Shown: positions 47,916 through 58,775, numbered from the stretch's first letter. The stretch: 64,000 nucleotides of DNA from an uncultured archaeon (GCA_964508365.1 CAZDTP010000003.1:56092-120091); one strand, 5' to 3'. A program made the numbers and translations. Notes: generated by a model from the sequence alone, not told the origin.

Positions 47916-49130
47916 ATGACTCATTTAGAATTATTGAAAAAATGTTGGTTTGTTGGATATGTGGATTTTGAAGTCCGAAACTTCCACGGATACTCCACTC
48001 ATCGAGGATCTTCCTATAACGCATATATAGTTAAATCAGGAGATAAAACGGTATTAATAGACACAGTTAAACGTCCATATTTCGAATATTATTTGGATAA
48101 AATAAAACACGTATGTGATCCCGCAGAAATTGATTATTTAATCATGAATCACATTGAGATGGACCATTCAGGGTCTTTCCCATTAATTTTAAAACATCTA
48201 CCTAACGCAGAAATAATTACTTCTGTTAGAGGAATTGACATTCTAAAGAGCCATTTCCATCAAGAAATTGACGCAGAGGTGTTCGATAGAATTCGAGCAG
48301 TTAAGAATGGAGACACTTTGGATATCGGAAATGGTAAAAAGTTCACATTCGTACCGATACCTATGATACATTGGCCAGATTCTATGGTAACATTTATGAC
48401 TGACGATAATGGGAAAAATATCCTGTTTTCTAGCGATGCTTTCGGGCAACATATTGCAACCACTATGCGTTGGGATGATGAAAATGACATGTGTGAGATT
48501 ATGGAAGAAGCGGAAAAATATTACGCGAATATTTTACTTCATTTATCAGGACTTATTGCAAAAACGCTTCCCGTAGTTGGAGCATTGCCTATTGATGTTG
48601 TATGTACTGCTCATGGCGTTTGTTGGAGAAAAAATATCCCAGAGATATTAGAGAAGTATAGGAAGTGGTCAACCGGAGAGATCGAAGGAAAAAGCGTTTT
48701 AATCGTTTACGATACAATGTGGGAGAGTACAGCTAAAATTGCTAAAGCCTTAACGATAGAAATCCGTCATAGAGGCATTCCAGTTAAAAGATTCAGATTG
48801 ACTCAAGCAGATTATTCTGATGTAATTACTGAGGCAATGAAGGCAAAAGCAATATTGGTTGGAAGCCCTACTCTAAACAATGGACTTTACCCCTCTGTTG
48901 CAGAATACTTATGTTATCAAAGAGGCTTGAAACCTATGAATAAAGTTGGACTAGCTTTTGGTTCTTATGGGTGGTCAGGTCAAGCTACACAAGAAATAGT
49001 TGAACAAATGAAGGCTGCTGGAATAGATGTTATGGACGAGATGATTAAGATTAAATTCGTTCCGAAACCAGAGGATTTAGATTTTAAGGTTATTGTAGAT
49101 AAATTAGTTGAAAAAATGAACATAAAATAG
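47916..49130 (+). CDS. fprA: Flavodiiron protein (O2/NO reductase)
   Basis: [45 protein letters not shown]. Confidence 0.93.
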   Translation: MTHLELLKKCWFVGYVDFEVRNFHGYSTHRGSSYNAYIVKSGDKTVLIDTVKRPYFEYYLDKIKHVCDPAEIDYLIMNHIEMDHSGSFPLILKHLPNAEIITSVRGIDILKSHFHQEIDAEVFDRIRAVKNGDTLDIGNGKKFTFVPIPMIHWPDSMVTFMTDDNGKNILFSSDAFGQHIATTMRWDDENDMCEIMEEAEKYYANILLHLSGLIAKTLPVVGALPIDVVCTAHGVCWRKNIPEILEKYRKWSTGEIEGKSVLIVYDTMWESTAKIAKALTIEIRHRGIPVKRFRLTQADYSDVITEAMKAKAILVGSPTLNNGLYPSVAEYLCYQRGLKPMNKVGLAFGSYGWSGQATQEIVEQMKAAGIDVMDEMIKIKFVPKPEDLDFKVIVDKLVEKMNIK

Positions 49131-49141
49131 AGGTTAAAAAA

Positions 49142-50545
49142 ATGGATTTTAATTTAACAGAAGCACAACTAACTTTACAAAAGAAAGCTAGAGAGTTTGC
49201 AGTAAAGGAAGTGCTACCAGTTTCATTCAGTTACGATGAACACGAAATCATGCCTATGGAAGTCATTAAAAAAGCGTGGAAAGCAGGATTAACAAATATG
49301 ACTATTCCCAAAGAGTATGGAGGACAAGGTTATGGTTTAATGGAATCAGTAATAATTGTTGAAGAAATTGCAGCTGCGTGTCCAGGGATAGCAACTTCAA
49401 TATTCGATAACGATTTAGGTTCGGGTCCTATCATTATTGGGGGGAATGAAGAACAAAAGAATAGAGTGTTAAAAGATATTACCAATAACTTTAAACTTAT
49501 CGCATTTGCCACCTCAGAACCTGGAATGGGTAGCGATGTAGCTGGAATGCAATGCCGCGCTGAAAAAGATGGAAAAGATTTTGTGTTAAACGGTACTAAA
49601 TATTGGATTACTAACGCAGGGTATTCTGATTATATCACCGTTTTTGCTACAGTTGATCCAGAAATAAAACATCGTGGTATAGCAGCATTCATTGTACCGA
49701 CAGATTATGATGGAGTTAGAACAGGTCCTCACATACCAAAATTAGGTCAAAGAGCATCTAATACTTGCTCTGTAGTTTTGAAAGATGTGAGAATACCTGT
49801 AGAGAATGTCTTGGCGAAACCAGGTCGGGGATTTGTATTAGCCATGCAAACTTTCCAAAAAACTAGGCCTGCTGTTGCAGCGTTTGCTGTAGGGTGCGCA
49901 AGGTCAGCTATGGAATATGCTATTGACTACGCTCAGAAACGAGAAACATTTGGAAGACCTATAGGTAACTATCAAGGGATTCAATTTAAATTAGCGGAGA
50001 TGTATAAGGATATTGAAGCGGCCAGATTATTAACATATAAAGCTGCCTGGGAAGGAGATCAAGGTTTAGATAGCAATCTTACATCTTCTATGGCAAAAGC
50101 TTTTGCTTCAGATGTTGGAATGAATGTTACCACTGAAGCTATCCAAGTTTTTGGAGGGTATGGGTATATTAGAAGCTTTCCTGTCGAAAAATTGTTTAGA
50201 GATGCAAAATTGTATCAAATTTATGAAGGTACCTCAGAAATACAGCGAATAGTAATTGCAAGGTTTATCATGAAAAATTATGAGCATTCGATGCCTAATT
50301 TATTTGAAATTCCACGGATTGAAATCCAAGTGGAAGAAAAAGCTGAAAAAGATAAAGTTAAAATAGATAAAAGTAGCGATGAATTAGGTGGTAAATGGAA
50401 GTGTTTAGTGTGTGGATATGTTTACGATCCTGTTAACGGTGATCCCGATAGTGGAATCGCGCCTGGAACTCCTTTTGAAGATATTCCAAATTCATGGTTT
50501 TGTCCAATTTGCGGAAGCAATAAAACCAAATTCGCTAAAATTTAA
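49142..50545 (+). CDS. Acyl-CoA dehydrogenase with C-terminal rubredoxin domain
   Basis: [41 protein letters not shown]; C-terminal [12 protein letters not shown]...PGT.FEDIP..W.CPIC. Confidence 0.92.
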   Translation: MDFNLTEAQLTLQKKAREFAVKEVLPVSFSYDEHEIMPMEVIKKAWKAGLTNMTIPKEYGGQGYGLMESVIIVEEIAAACPGIATSIFDNDLGSGPIIIGGNEEQKNRVLKDITNNFKLIAFATSEPGMGSDVAGMQCRAEKDGKDFVLNGTKYWITNAGYSDYITVFATVDPEIKHRGIAAFIVPTDYDGVRTGPHIPKLGQRASNTCSVVLKDVRIPVENVLAKPGRGFVLAMQTFQKTRPAVAAFAVGCARSAMEYAIDYAQKRETFGRPIGNYQGIQFKLAEMYKDIEAARLLTYKAAWEGDQGLDSNLTSSMAKAFASDVGMNVTTEAIQVFGGYGYIRSFPVEKLFRDAKLYQIYEGTSEIQRIVIARFIMKNYEHSMPNLFEIPRIEIQVEEKAEKDKVKIDKSSDELGGKWKCLVCGYVYDPVNGDPDSGIAPGTPFEDIPNSWFCPICGSNKTKFAKI

Positions 50546-50664
50546 ACAATAAATTATGCATTTTTTACTTTATTATTTTTATTCTGACAAAATATTGAAA
50601 TATTGATTCGTATTCTCTAATTTATTAGTTACTTTAAGATTTCTATAAAGTTTAGGTTTATTAC

Positions 50665-52176
50665 ATGTCTGATAGCGAAGTCGAGAATGCTAAATTTTTA
50701 GGTGATGAAAGTTCGGGCATTGTACCTATAAAAGAAAAGTTAGCCTATAGTTTTGCTCAAATGCCAGGCACGTTTTATGGCGGTGTTATGGGAGTAATCC
50801 AATCCTTCTATTTTGCATGGATGGGATTGTTAAACATCTGGATAACTATAGCACAAATTGTTTATGCGGTTTGGAATATGGTAAACGATCCAATTTTCGG
50901 TAATATAATTGGAAATACCCGGTATTATAATAAAAAAAGGGGAGAAATACAACGATATATGCCATATATTAAATTTGGGGCTCCACTTTTTAGTTTATGT
51001 TTTGCTTTGGTATTTTTTCCACCAGATGCGTGGAGAGGGCAAACCTCTAATCTTACCATTCAAGTTTGGCTTTTTATATGGTATCTTGTGAGCCAAATTG
51101 CTTATGATACTTTATTTACGCTTGTTCTATGCGCAGTTGTTGCGTTACTCCCTCAAATGACCCTAAATCAAAGGGAGAGAGAAAAGATTCAACTTTACGG
51201 TACAGCGGCAACAATTCCTGCTATTTTATTTGGATTTATTGTTCCTGTTATATACTTAGCAGATCCTTCAACGGAGACTATTGCTCAGTTTCAATTGCTT
51301 GTAGTATTTATAGCTATATTTGGGATTTTTCCATACTTAATCTTATCGAAGTATGTTCGTGAGCATAGTGAATATATCCCCAAAAATGAAACCCCTTTAT
51401 TTAAATCAATAAAGCTCGCTTTCAAAAATCCTTCTTTCAGAGTATATGTAATATATGATGGCATATCCGTATTTCTGTTGAACATAATAATGGTAAGTTT
51501 ACCATTCTACTTAACTTGGGTTCTCACACCGATGGAAGGATTTAATATGTTACTTTTTTGGATTGGACCAATAATTTGTATAGTTATATCCGTCCCCATT
51601 GTTTTAAAAATTGCGGCTAAAAAATCAACAAAAGCCTCTATAACATTTTATCTAGGAATGTTAACTATCGGAGGAATCTTTAGCTTTATTGCAGGGATTT
51701 CAGGTAATTGGATTCTCGTTTCGATTGGATTTTCTATTACTATGTTAGGATTACCAGGTGATTTTATTCAACATAATCCAATGAGAGCAGATACAATAGA
51801 TTATGATTATTGGAAAATTTCGGGAGAAAGAAGGGAAGGCCTTTATGCGGGAGTAGGATCATTACTTAGCAAACCAATGATTAGTGTAGCTTTAGCAGTT
51901 CCACCAGCAGTGTTTACTGCTTTTGGTTTAATATATGTGGATGCAATTGGTGGATTAGAAGCAACTCAAGGTTTCCAATTAGCCTCCTTAGGTGTTAACA
52001 TTAGCATGACACTGTTGCCAGTTATCGCAAGTTTGATTGGGTTAATAGTTTGGATTAAATTTTATCCCCTCACTGGAGAAGTTGTAGAAAAGATGAAAAA
52101 AGAGGTAAGTATTCTACATGAACAAAGAAGAAAAGAATATAAAGAGAGTCGTAATTCAAAAAATATTAGTCCTTAA
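50665..52176 (+). CDS. MFS/GPH family glycoside-cation symporter
   Basis: NDPIFG, MPYIKFG, ADTIDYD...GERREG; ~12 TM. Confidence 0.85.
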   Translation: MSDSEVENAKFLGDESSGIVPIKEKLAYSFAQMPGTFYGGVMGVIQSFYFAWMGLLNIWITIAQIVYAVWNMVNDPIFGNIIGNTRYYNKKRGEIQRYMPYIKFGAPLFSLCFALVFFPPDAWRGQTSNLTIQVWLFIWYLVSQIAYDTLFTLVLCAVVALLPQMTLNQREREKIQLYGTAATIPAILFGFIVPVIYLADPSTETIAQFQLLVVFIAIFGIFPYLILSKYVREHSEYIPKNETPLFKSIKLAFKNPSFRVYVIYDGISVFLLNIIMVSLPFYLTWVLTPMEGFNMLLFWIGPIICIVISVPIVLKIAAKKSTKASITFYLGMLTIGGIFSFIAGISGNWILVSIGFSITMLGLPGDFIQHNPMRADTIDYDYWKISGERREGLYAGVGSLLSKPMISVALAVPPAVFTAFGLIYVDAIGGLEATQGFQLASLGVNISMTLLPVIASLIGLIVWIKFYPLTGEVVEKMKKEVSILHEQRRKEYKESRNSKNISP

Positions 52177-52191
52177 TCTGAATTAAATTTT

Positions 52192-52758
52192 TCATTTATT
52201 TAATCTCCTAATTTCTACTACTGCTTCAAAAAAATTAGAATGAACTAAAGTTGGAATTATTCCTTTAACTTCTAAATCCCGTATATGTTTCTCTCCGTGT
52301 CCAGTAATCATATAAACTGTTTTACAACCTCCATTAATGCCAAATGAAATATCTGACGGATGATCGCCTATCATCCACGATTCTTCGATATCAATGTTCC
52401 AACCATCAACGATATCTTTAATATACCTAATTTTAGGCTTCCTACATTCACAATTTTCTTCTTTAATATGAGGACAGTAAAAAGTTTTTTCTATTCTAAT
52501 TTGATTTTCTTCCAATACTTTTATCAAGTGATTGTTGAATTTAAAGAAATCAACTTCTGAATAATATCCTCTTCCAATACCAGATTGATTTGTTACGATA
52601 AAAAGTAAATAATCTTGTTGAAGCAATTTTAAGCCTTCTATTACACCAGGTAAAAGCTTGAAATCCTTGATTTTATAAGCATAATCTCTATCCTCTATTA
52701 AAGTTCCATCTCTATCTAATATTGCTGCTTTATTTTTACCCATTATAAATAAATTCAA
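52192..52758 (-). CDS. gmhB: HAD-IIIA phosphatase (GmhB/HisB-like)
   Basis: LDRDGTL, TNQSGIGRG, CPH....C.CRKP, MIGD..SD. Confidence 0.82.
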   Translation of the reverse strand: MNLFIMGKNKAAILDRDGTLIEDRDYAYKIKDFKLLPGVIEGLKLLQQDYLLFIVTNQSGIGRGYYSEVDFFKFNNHLIKVLEENQIRIEKTFYCPHIKEENCECRKPKIRYIKDIVDGWNIDIEESWMIGDHPSDISFGINGGCKTVYMITGHGEKHIRDLEVKGIIPTLVHSNFFEAVVEIRRLNK

Positions 52759-52915
52759 TCTCTAAAAGAAGAAAAAGATTATGAATCCTAAATAGACTAT
52801 ACCATGTAAAATGTAATATAATGCAAAAATTCCACTAACCTTTAGCAATATAATATTTTGTTAAATTAGATACCATTAATTAAGAAAAAAAAAAAAATAA
52901 GAATTAAAACTTAAC

Positions 52916-53308
52916 TCATACAGTTCCTTTCCATAATCCATGCAAATTACAGTACTCTCTAGCCCAGACTCCATCTGTATCTGCTACCACAAAAGTAGCT
53001 TTAGGTTTATCTCCTGGCTTTAAGAATTTTCTCTTATAACAATTTCCTTTGCAGATTAACTCAATCCACATAATGTAATGCTCTTCTGTCATAGGGTGTG
53101 GCGTTCCCATTGAAATACCGACATCAACGGTAACTTTATTACCTTCAATTGTAATTTTAGGAACATGCTTTTCACCCTTCCAATCAGCGGTTTTTTCTTC
53201 CATCAAATTCATAGGTTTTCCACAACAGATGGTCTCAGGTACGCCTGGATTAAGGATTTCAATAACTTTTCCACAAATGGCACATTTATATATTGATTTT
53301 TGTTTCAT
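52916..53308 (-). CDS. dfx: Desulfoferrodoxin (2Fe superoxide reductase)
   Basis: C..CG...CCG; KHVP; HPM..EHYI; CNLH. Confidence 0.93.
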   Translation of the reverse strand: MKQKSIYKCAICGKVIEILNPGVPETICCGKPMNLMEEKTADWKGEKHVPKITIEGNKVTVDVGISMGTPHPMTEEHYIMWIELICKGNCYKRKFLKPGDKPKATFVVADTDGVWAREYCNLHGLWKGTV

Positions 53309-53407
53309 ATTAATTCACTAAAAAAGTATTGATTTAGGTTGTTTCAAAATTGGTTATTTTGTTATTTAAGAATTTTGATTTTAACTTAAAAATTCTCCAG
53401 TAAAATA

Positions 53408-53998
53408 TTAGAAATCTTCACATTTCTTACGAAAATTCGCTCTCGGATGATCACAGGAGGGGCACTTCCAATCTTCAGGGAGCGCATCCATTTCCACTTC
53501 ATACCCACATTCCATACAAACCCAGACTATCTTTTTACCTCGTTTAAAGAAGGCATCATCTCCAACTAATTTTAAAAGTTTTCCATACCTCTCTGAATGA
53601 TGTTTTTCTGCTTTAATAATTGCTCTCACTCTCGCAGCAATCTTAGGATATCCTTCTTTTTCGGCTGTTTCCACGATATCTGGATAGAGCGTCTGCCATT
53701 CCATATCCTCTCCCGCTATCGCAGATTTTAAATTCTCAATAGTGCTACCGAAAGTTGTATGGAATTCTGCGTTGGGTAAAACCTTCATATCATCAAATGG
53801 CTCTTTCTTCTTAAATTCTTGAAGCATTGTGTAAAACCACGTTCCATGTTGTAGTTCTTGATTTGCAGTTTCTAAAAAAATGCTAGAAACCAGACCATAT
53901 TCTTCTTTTTTAGCAATTTTAGACCAGAAAGTATAACGATTTCTAGCTTGTGATTCACCTACATATGCCGTAAATAATTTTTTAGGTGTTTCTTTCAT
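53408..53998 (-). CDS. rbr: Rubrerythrin
   Basis: GESQARNRY, E..H, GE..E...Y, AEKHH; C-terminal CMEC...CPSC.H. Confidence 0.93.
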   Translation of the reverse strand: MKETPKKLFTAYVGESQARNRYTFWSKIAKKEEYGLVSSIFLETANQELQHGTWFYTMLQEFKKKEPFDDMKVLPNAEFHTTFGSTIENLKSAIAGEDMEWQTLYPDIVETAEKEGYPKIAARVRAIIKAEKHHSERYGKLLKLVGDDAFFKRGKKIVWVCMECGYEVEMDALPEDWKCPSCDHPRANFRKKCEDF

Positions 53999-54174
53999 AT
54001 TTTCATCCTTTTTGAATAATTATTTATAATATTTTGTTCGTAAATAAACATATTTTTGATTATATATTTATTTCGCGAATTATAACTTTTTTACTTATAA
54101 TTAAAAGGAATAAGGAATCTTTTAAAAAAATAATATTAGTTTAATAGAAGCATGAAAATTAGATTATTATTACA

Positions 54175-56565
54175 TTAATTGTAAGTCTTATAATCTTCTT
54201 TTTGTGGCATCACAGGAAACCCATTCCGGTGCCAAACCATCATCCCACCCGTTAAGTTTCTAACATCTTTAAAGCCTTCCCTAGCCAATAGTTGAGCTGC
54301 CATCATCGAACGTGATCCACTATGACAAATCACCACGATTTCATCATCTATATACTCTTTTAAAGCATTAATGTTATTCAATAATTCTCCTAAAGGCACT
54401 AATTTTGCGTTTTTTATATGTCCAGCTCTTCCATTATACTCTTGTGGTGTTCTTACATCAATCATTATTGTTGGTGAATCGCCTGAATCAAGTCTTTCGA
54501 ATAACTCGTTAACAGTTATATCTGATAACGATGGGGCATCTGGACTTCTTAATTCTTTTCTCGTTTTTTTCTCAATTTTCACAGGCGCTTCGATTTCTTC
54601 AAAAGTCACTGGTTTCTTTTCTAATACGACAACTAATTTCCCTTGTTCTTTACCTAGATATAATAATCTAACCGCTTTATTTAATTCTACATAAGCTTCA
54701 ACACTGGCTTTAAAACCAGGATCAGTAGCGTAGATTCTTAATCTTTTATCTTCTGGCAATAATTCAAGAGACTTAATAAGAGCATTTAAAGGACCTGGAC
54801 AAGATAAACCACACGCATCTACGTCGATATAATCATCTGTTATGGTACTTTTCCTTTCTATCATTTCTTCTATTATATCTTTGGAAGCTCCGCATTCCGC
54901 AGCGATTTCTTCTGTAGTAGCTATTGCTGTTTTATATAGTTTATATCCTCCCGATAAATTTTTAACGCGATATCCTTTTTGGATTAATAATCTTGTTGAA
55001 AGATAACCCCTGAAGCCTACTTCACAGAGAATATAGATATTTTTATCTTTAGGTACTTCATCCAACCTCTTTCTCAGCTCTAAATCGCTTATATTAGTTG
55101 CTCCTTTGATGGTTCCAACTTGATATTCTTCAGATGTTCGAACATCAAGGAAAAAGCTATTATTTGCCCGTATTTTCTCGATTTCGTGCCAGTGCCAAAT
55201 AGGCATATCTCCTCTAAGTACATTAGATGCAACAAAACCAGCCATATTTACAGGATCTTTGGCAGAGCCGTAGGGAGGCGCATATGTAAGTTCTAACTCT
55301 TCTAGATCGAAAACAGTTCCATTAAATTTTATTACAGTAGAAATAACATCAATCCTTTTTTCTGTTCCAGGTCCTCCAACAGCTTGAGCACCAAGGATTT
55401 TTCCGCTTGGAACTTCAAATAACAATTTTAAAGTTATCGGTATTGCTCCAGGGTAATACCCTGCGTGGTTATTAGGATGGATGTATATTTTTTCGTAGTT
55501 AAAATCCAACTGTTTTAGTTGTTTTTCAGATAAACCTACTGATGAGACTGTTAAATCAAAAACTTTTACAACAGATGCTCCTAAAATCCCATTATATTTT
55601 GAACTACGACCGGCAATGACATCAGCAACTATTCTCCCTTGTTTATTTGCTGGACCAGCTAAAGGTATGCCTATTGGTTGTTTGGATATAAGATTTTTTA
55701 TTTGGACAGCATCACCTACAGCAAATATTGAAGCGTCTGAGGTTTTCATTTGTTCATCAACTACGATATGACCTCGTGGACCAATTTCTAAACCCGCATC
55801 TTTTGCTAACATATTTTCTGGTTTTACTCCAATTGCCATAATTATCATATCTGTTTTAATATCTTTTCCACTTTTAGGAATAACATGGAAGCAATTATTG
55901 TTATCGCGCTTAAACGAATCAACTGGGTCTTCTAATTGTAAACACACCCCGTTTAGCAATAGTTCCTGATGTACAAATTGAGCAATTTCTTTGTCTAAAG
56001 GAGCCATAACTTGATCAAGCATTTCAATTATCTTCACTTTGATCCCTTTTTGCTTCAAATTTTCCGCCATCTCTAAGCCAATAAAGCCTCCACCGATGAT
56101 GGTTGCGTGTTTAACATCGTTATTTTCGGTGAATTGTTTTATTTTAACAGAATCGGGAATCGTTCTTAAACTAAATGCGGGAACATCACTTAATCCTTCA
56201 AGTTGTGGCATTATTGGAGAAGCACCAGGAGAAAGTACCAAATAATCATATTCTAATTCAAAAAAGTTATCATTTTCAAGATTTTTAACTAAAACGGTTT
56301 TCTTAGTCCTATTAATTGAAATTGCTTCATTCTTTGTTTTAACATCAATTTTAAACCGGTCCCAGAATTTTTCAGGAGTCATTAGTTCCAACTGACTTTG
56401 ATCCTTTATAACATGGCCGATATAATATGGTAAACCACAGTTAGCAAAGGAAACATATGGCCCTCTTTCAAGTACAGTTATTTCTAAGTCTTCTCTTAAC
56501 CGTCTTAGTCTGGCAGCAGCTGAAGCTCCTCCTGCTACTCCACCCACGATTATTACTTTTTCCAT
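54175..56565 (-). CDS. CoA-disulfide/persulfide reductase fused to rhodanese, TusA-like and second rhodanese domains
   Basis: GGVAGG, SFANCGLPY, GGGFIG, YAPPY; CEVGFRG; DACGLSCPGP; CHSGSRS. Confidence 0.9.
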   Translation of the reverse strand: MEKVIIVGGVAGGASAAARLRRLREDLEITVLERGPYVSFANCGLPYYIGHVIKDQSQLELMTPEKFWDRFKIDVKTKNEAISINRTKKTVLVKNLENDNFFELEYDYLVLSPGASPIMPQLEGLSDVPAFSLRTIPDSVKIKQFTENNDVKHATIIGGGFIGLEMAENLKQKGIKVKIIEMLDQVMAPLDKEIAQFVHQELLLNGVCLQLEDPVDSFKRDNNNCFHVIPKSGKDIKTDMIIMAIGVKPENMLAKDAGLEIGPRGHIVVDEQMKTSDASIFAVGDAVQIKNLISKQPIGIPLAGPANKQGRIVADVIAGRSSKYNGILGASVVKVFDLTVSSVGLSEKQLKQLDFNYEKIYIHPNNHAGYYPGAIPITLKLLFEVPSGKILGAQAVGGPGTEKRIDVISTVIKFNGTVFDLEELELTYAPPYGSAKDPVNMAGFVASNVLRGDMPIWHWHEIEKIRANNSFFLDVRTSEEYQVGTIKGATNISDLELRKRLDEVPKDKNIYILCEVGFRGYLSTRLLIQKGYRVKNLSGGYKLYKTAIATTEEIAAECGASKDIIEEMIERKSTITDDYIDVDACGLSCPGPLNALIKSLELLPEDKRLRIYATDPGFKASVEAYVELNKAVRLLYLGKEQGKLVVVLEKKPVTFEEIEAPVKIEKKTRKELRSPDAPSLSDITVNELFERLDSGDSPTIMIDVRTPQEYNGRAGHIKNAKLVPLGELLNNINALKEYIDDEIVVICHSGSRSMMAAQLLAREGFKDVRNLTGGMMVWHRNGFPVMPQKEDYKTYN

Positions 56566-56601
56566 CTTATATTCTTCTCATTTATCTTTAGTTGTGTGAA
56601 C

Positions 56602-56618
56602 GTGATACACTATATCAC
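56602..56618. promoter_or_regulatory. Candidate operator palindrome upstream of the CoADR fusion gene
   Basis: GTGATA-N5-TATCAC, just downstream of a TTATAAG TATA-like box on the minus strand. Confidence 0.4.
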
Positions 56619-56776
56619 TACTTATAATTTTCAAAATTAATTATTCCATTTAAAAGGCTTTCTTATTATTTATTGATTAATCTAAGAACTAAAAGTCTTC
56701 TTCTATGAATCCCATTAGAGAAATAATGTGATTACATCTCATATTATTAAAAAATAAGTAAATTAAATTAAAAATA

Positions 56777-57601
56777 TTAACCTCTATAATCCATAACTAT
56801 TACAACATCCACAAAAAGCTCGTATTTCTCATCTTCGTCGTTATTATGAATTACTACCTTTTCAACTTCATCCAGTTCTCCTTTAATTTCTATAAGGTCT
56901 GATTCGTGTATTAGTTTAACTTCCGAATGCTTTAATTTCTTCCTTATTTCGACATTACCAGGAATAGATTTTGCTTCTGTCACTACAATTACTCTTCCAG
57001 TATATTTTGTTAACTCTACTGCGAGTTCTAACGATTCATCTCCAGAATCAACTACCAGGACTCTTTTTTCTCTAAGTTCCTCCAAATCTGCTGGAACGGC
57101 AATGTAGACTCCCTTTCCAAAATATTTTTCAATTCCTAATATTACTCGAACACCTAGTTGACATGAAGTTACGATTTCTACTACCTGATTCGTACCTAAG
57201 CGATAATTATCAATTGCCGCTTGTAATGCATCAGCAGCTAGATTTGAACAATGCATTTTAATTGGTGGAAGCCCGTCTAATTCGTCGGCTACATCTTGTC
57301 TCGTTATTTTGTAGGCTTCATCAAGAGTCATTCCTTTTGCCATCTCAGTTATCATTGATGATGTAGAAACTGCAGATCCGCAACCAAATGTTTTAAATTT
57401 AATATCATCAATTATCTCCTCACCTTCATCATTTTTGCCAACTTTAATATATATCCACATAAGATCTCCACAAACGGGATTCCCAACTTGACCAATTCCG
57501 TCTGCGTCTTCTATTTCACCTACATTTCTAGGATTTTTGAAATGGTCCAAAACTTTATCCGAATATTGAGTTGATTTCATCTTATTTTTACACCTCTTCA
57601 T
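56777..57601 (-). CDS. iscU: IscU/NifU scaffold fused to a degenerate TrxR NADPH-domain-like module (likely start MKSTQY, 57577)
   Basis: NPRNVG, GNPVCGD, FGCGSA, LPPIKMHCS; C-terminal ~130 aa parallels the TrxB middle domain. Confidence 0.85.
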   Translation of the reverse strand: MKRCKNKMKSTQYSDKVLDHFKNPRNVGEIEDADGIGQVGNPVCGDLMWIYIKVGKNDEGEEIIDDIKFKTFGCGSAVSTSSMITEMAKGMTLDEAYKITRQDVADELDGLPPIKMHCSNLAADALQAAIDNYRLGTNQVVEIVTSCQLGVRVILGIEKYFGKGVYIAVPADLEELREKRVLVVDSGDESLELAVELTKYTGRVIVVTEAKSIPGNVEIRKKLKHSEVKLIHESDLIEIKGELDEVEKVVIHNNDEDEKYELFVDVVIVMDYRG

Positions 57602-58775
57602 ATTTCTTTAATAAGTCAGGGGGCGTTAATGGTGATAATTTTCTTAATCTCTTTACTTGATCTGGTAATACTTCTAAAAGGCGATCAATGTCAGTTTCAC
57701 GAGTAGTTCTTCCTAAAGAAACTAATAGACTTCCATGTGCCTCTTCATGAAGAAGGCCCATTGCAATAAGAGTATGGGAAGGTTCTAAAGTTTTTGAACT
57801 ACACGCCGAGCCAGTAGCGGCTGCTATATTATGCTCCTTTAAAGTTAATATTAACGATTCTCCCTCAATATAGTCAAACCTGAAGTGTGCGTTGTTAGGA
57901 AGCCTTTTTTCTGGATGACCGTTTAAATAGGACTTTGGGATTGTTTCTAAAACATTTTTAATGAGCTTATCTCTTAAAATTTTTAATTTTTCTGATTCTT
58001 GGGGCATTACTTCTTTTGCGATTTCAGCAGCTTTAGCAAATCCGACTATTCCTGGAACATTTTCAGAACCCGATCTCATTCCCCTCTCTTGGCCACCACC
58101 GAATATTATTGGATTAACTCGAACACCTTTTTTTAAATAGAGAGCACCAACACCTCGGGGACCATAGATATCGTTTGATGATAGCGTTATCAGATCAATT
58201 GGAACTTCTTGAACATCAATCGGAATCACACTTTCACTAGATACTGCATCCATATGAAACAGAACTCCTTTTTCTTGAGCAATTTTACTTATTTCTGTAG
58301 TCGGTTGTAGCGTTCCAACTTCATTGCTAGCAGTAGAGATAGAAATTAAAATCGTCTCGTCAGTAATTAATTTCTCAAGCTTATCTAATCGAATTCTCCC
58401 AAATCTATCCACCGCTACCCTACTAACTCTAAAACCTTCTTTTTCAAGGTATTTTCCAATGTTTAAAATTGAGATATGTTCTATTTCAGAAATAATAATA
58501 TGATTTCCTTTATTTTTCTGCCTCATAGCTGCACCGATTATTCCCAAATTATTAGATTCAGTCGCACCAGAAGTGAATAGGATATCGGATGAATTCGGTG
58601 CATTGACAAAACTAGCAACTTTTTCGCGCGATTTTTCTAAAATATCTGTAGCAATATCTCCATCGCAATGAAGAGAAGCAGGATTTGCAAATTTTTCGTT
58701 AAAATATAACATCATCTCAGAGATTACTTTATCATCTACAGGTTTTGCAGCTTGGTTATCAAGATAAATACTCAT
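57588..58775 (-). CDS. iscS: Cysteine desulfurase (IscS/NifS type)
   Basis: YLDN.A, FTSGATESNN, EH, HMDAV, GGGQE.G.RSG.EN, GSACSS...SH.L. The usual HK lysine reads SSNDIYGP, so activity needs checking. Confidence 0.88.
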   Translation of the reverse strand: MSIYLDNQAAKPVDDKVISEMMLYFNEKFANPASLHCDGDIATDILEKSREKVASFVNAPNSSDILFTSGATESNNLGIIGAAMRQKNKGNHIIISEIEHISILNIGKYLEKEGFRVSRVAVDRFGRIRLDKLEKLITDETILISISTASNEVGTLQPTTEISKIAQEKGVLFHMDAVSSESVIPIDVQEVPIDLITLSSNDIYGPRGVGALYLKKGVRVNPIIFGGGQERGMRSGSENVPGIVGFAKAAEIAKEVMPQESEKLKILRDKLIKNVLETIPKSYLNGHPEKRLPNNAHFRFDYIEGESLILTLKEHNIAAATGSACSSKTLEPSHTLIAMGLLHEEAHGSLLVSLGRTTRETDIDRLLEVLPDQVKRLRKLSPLTPPDLLKKYEEV

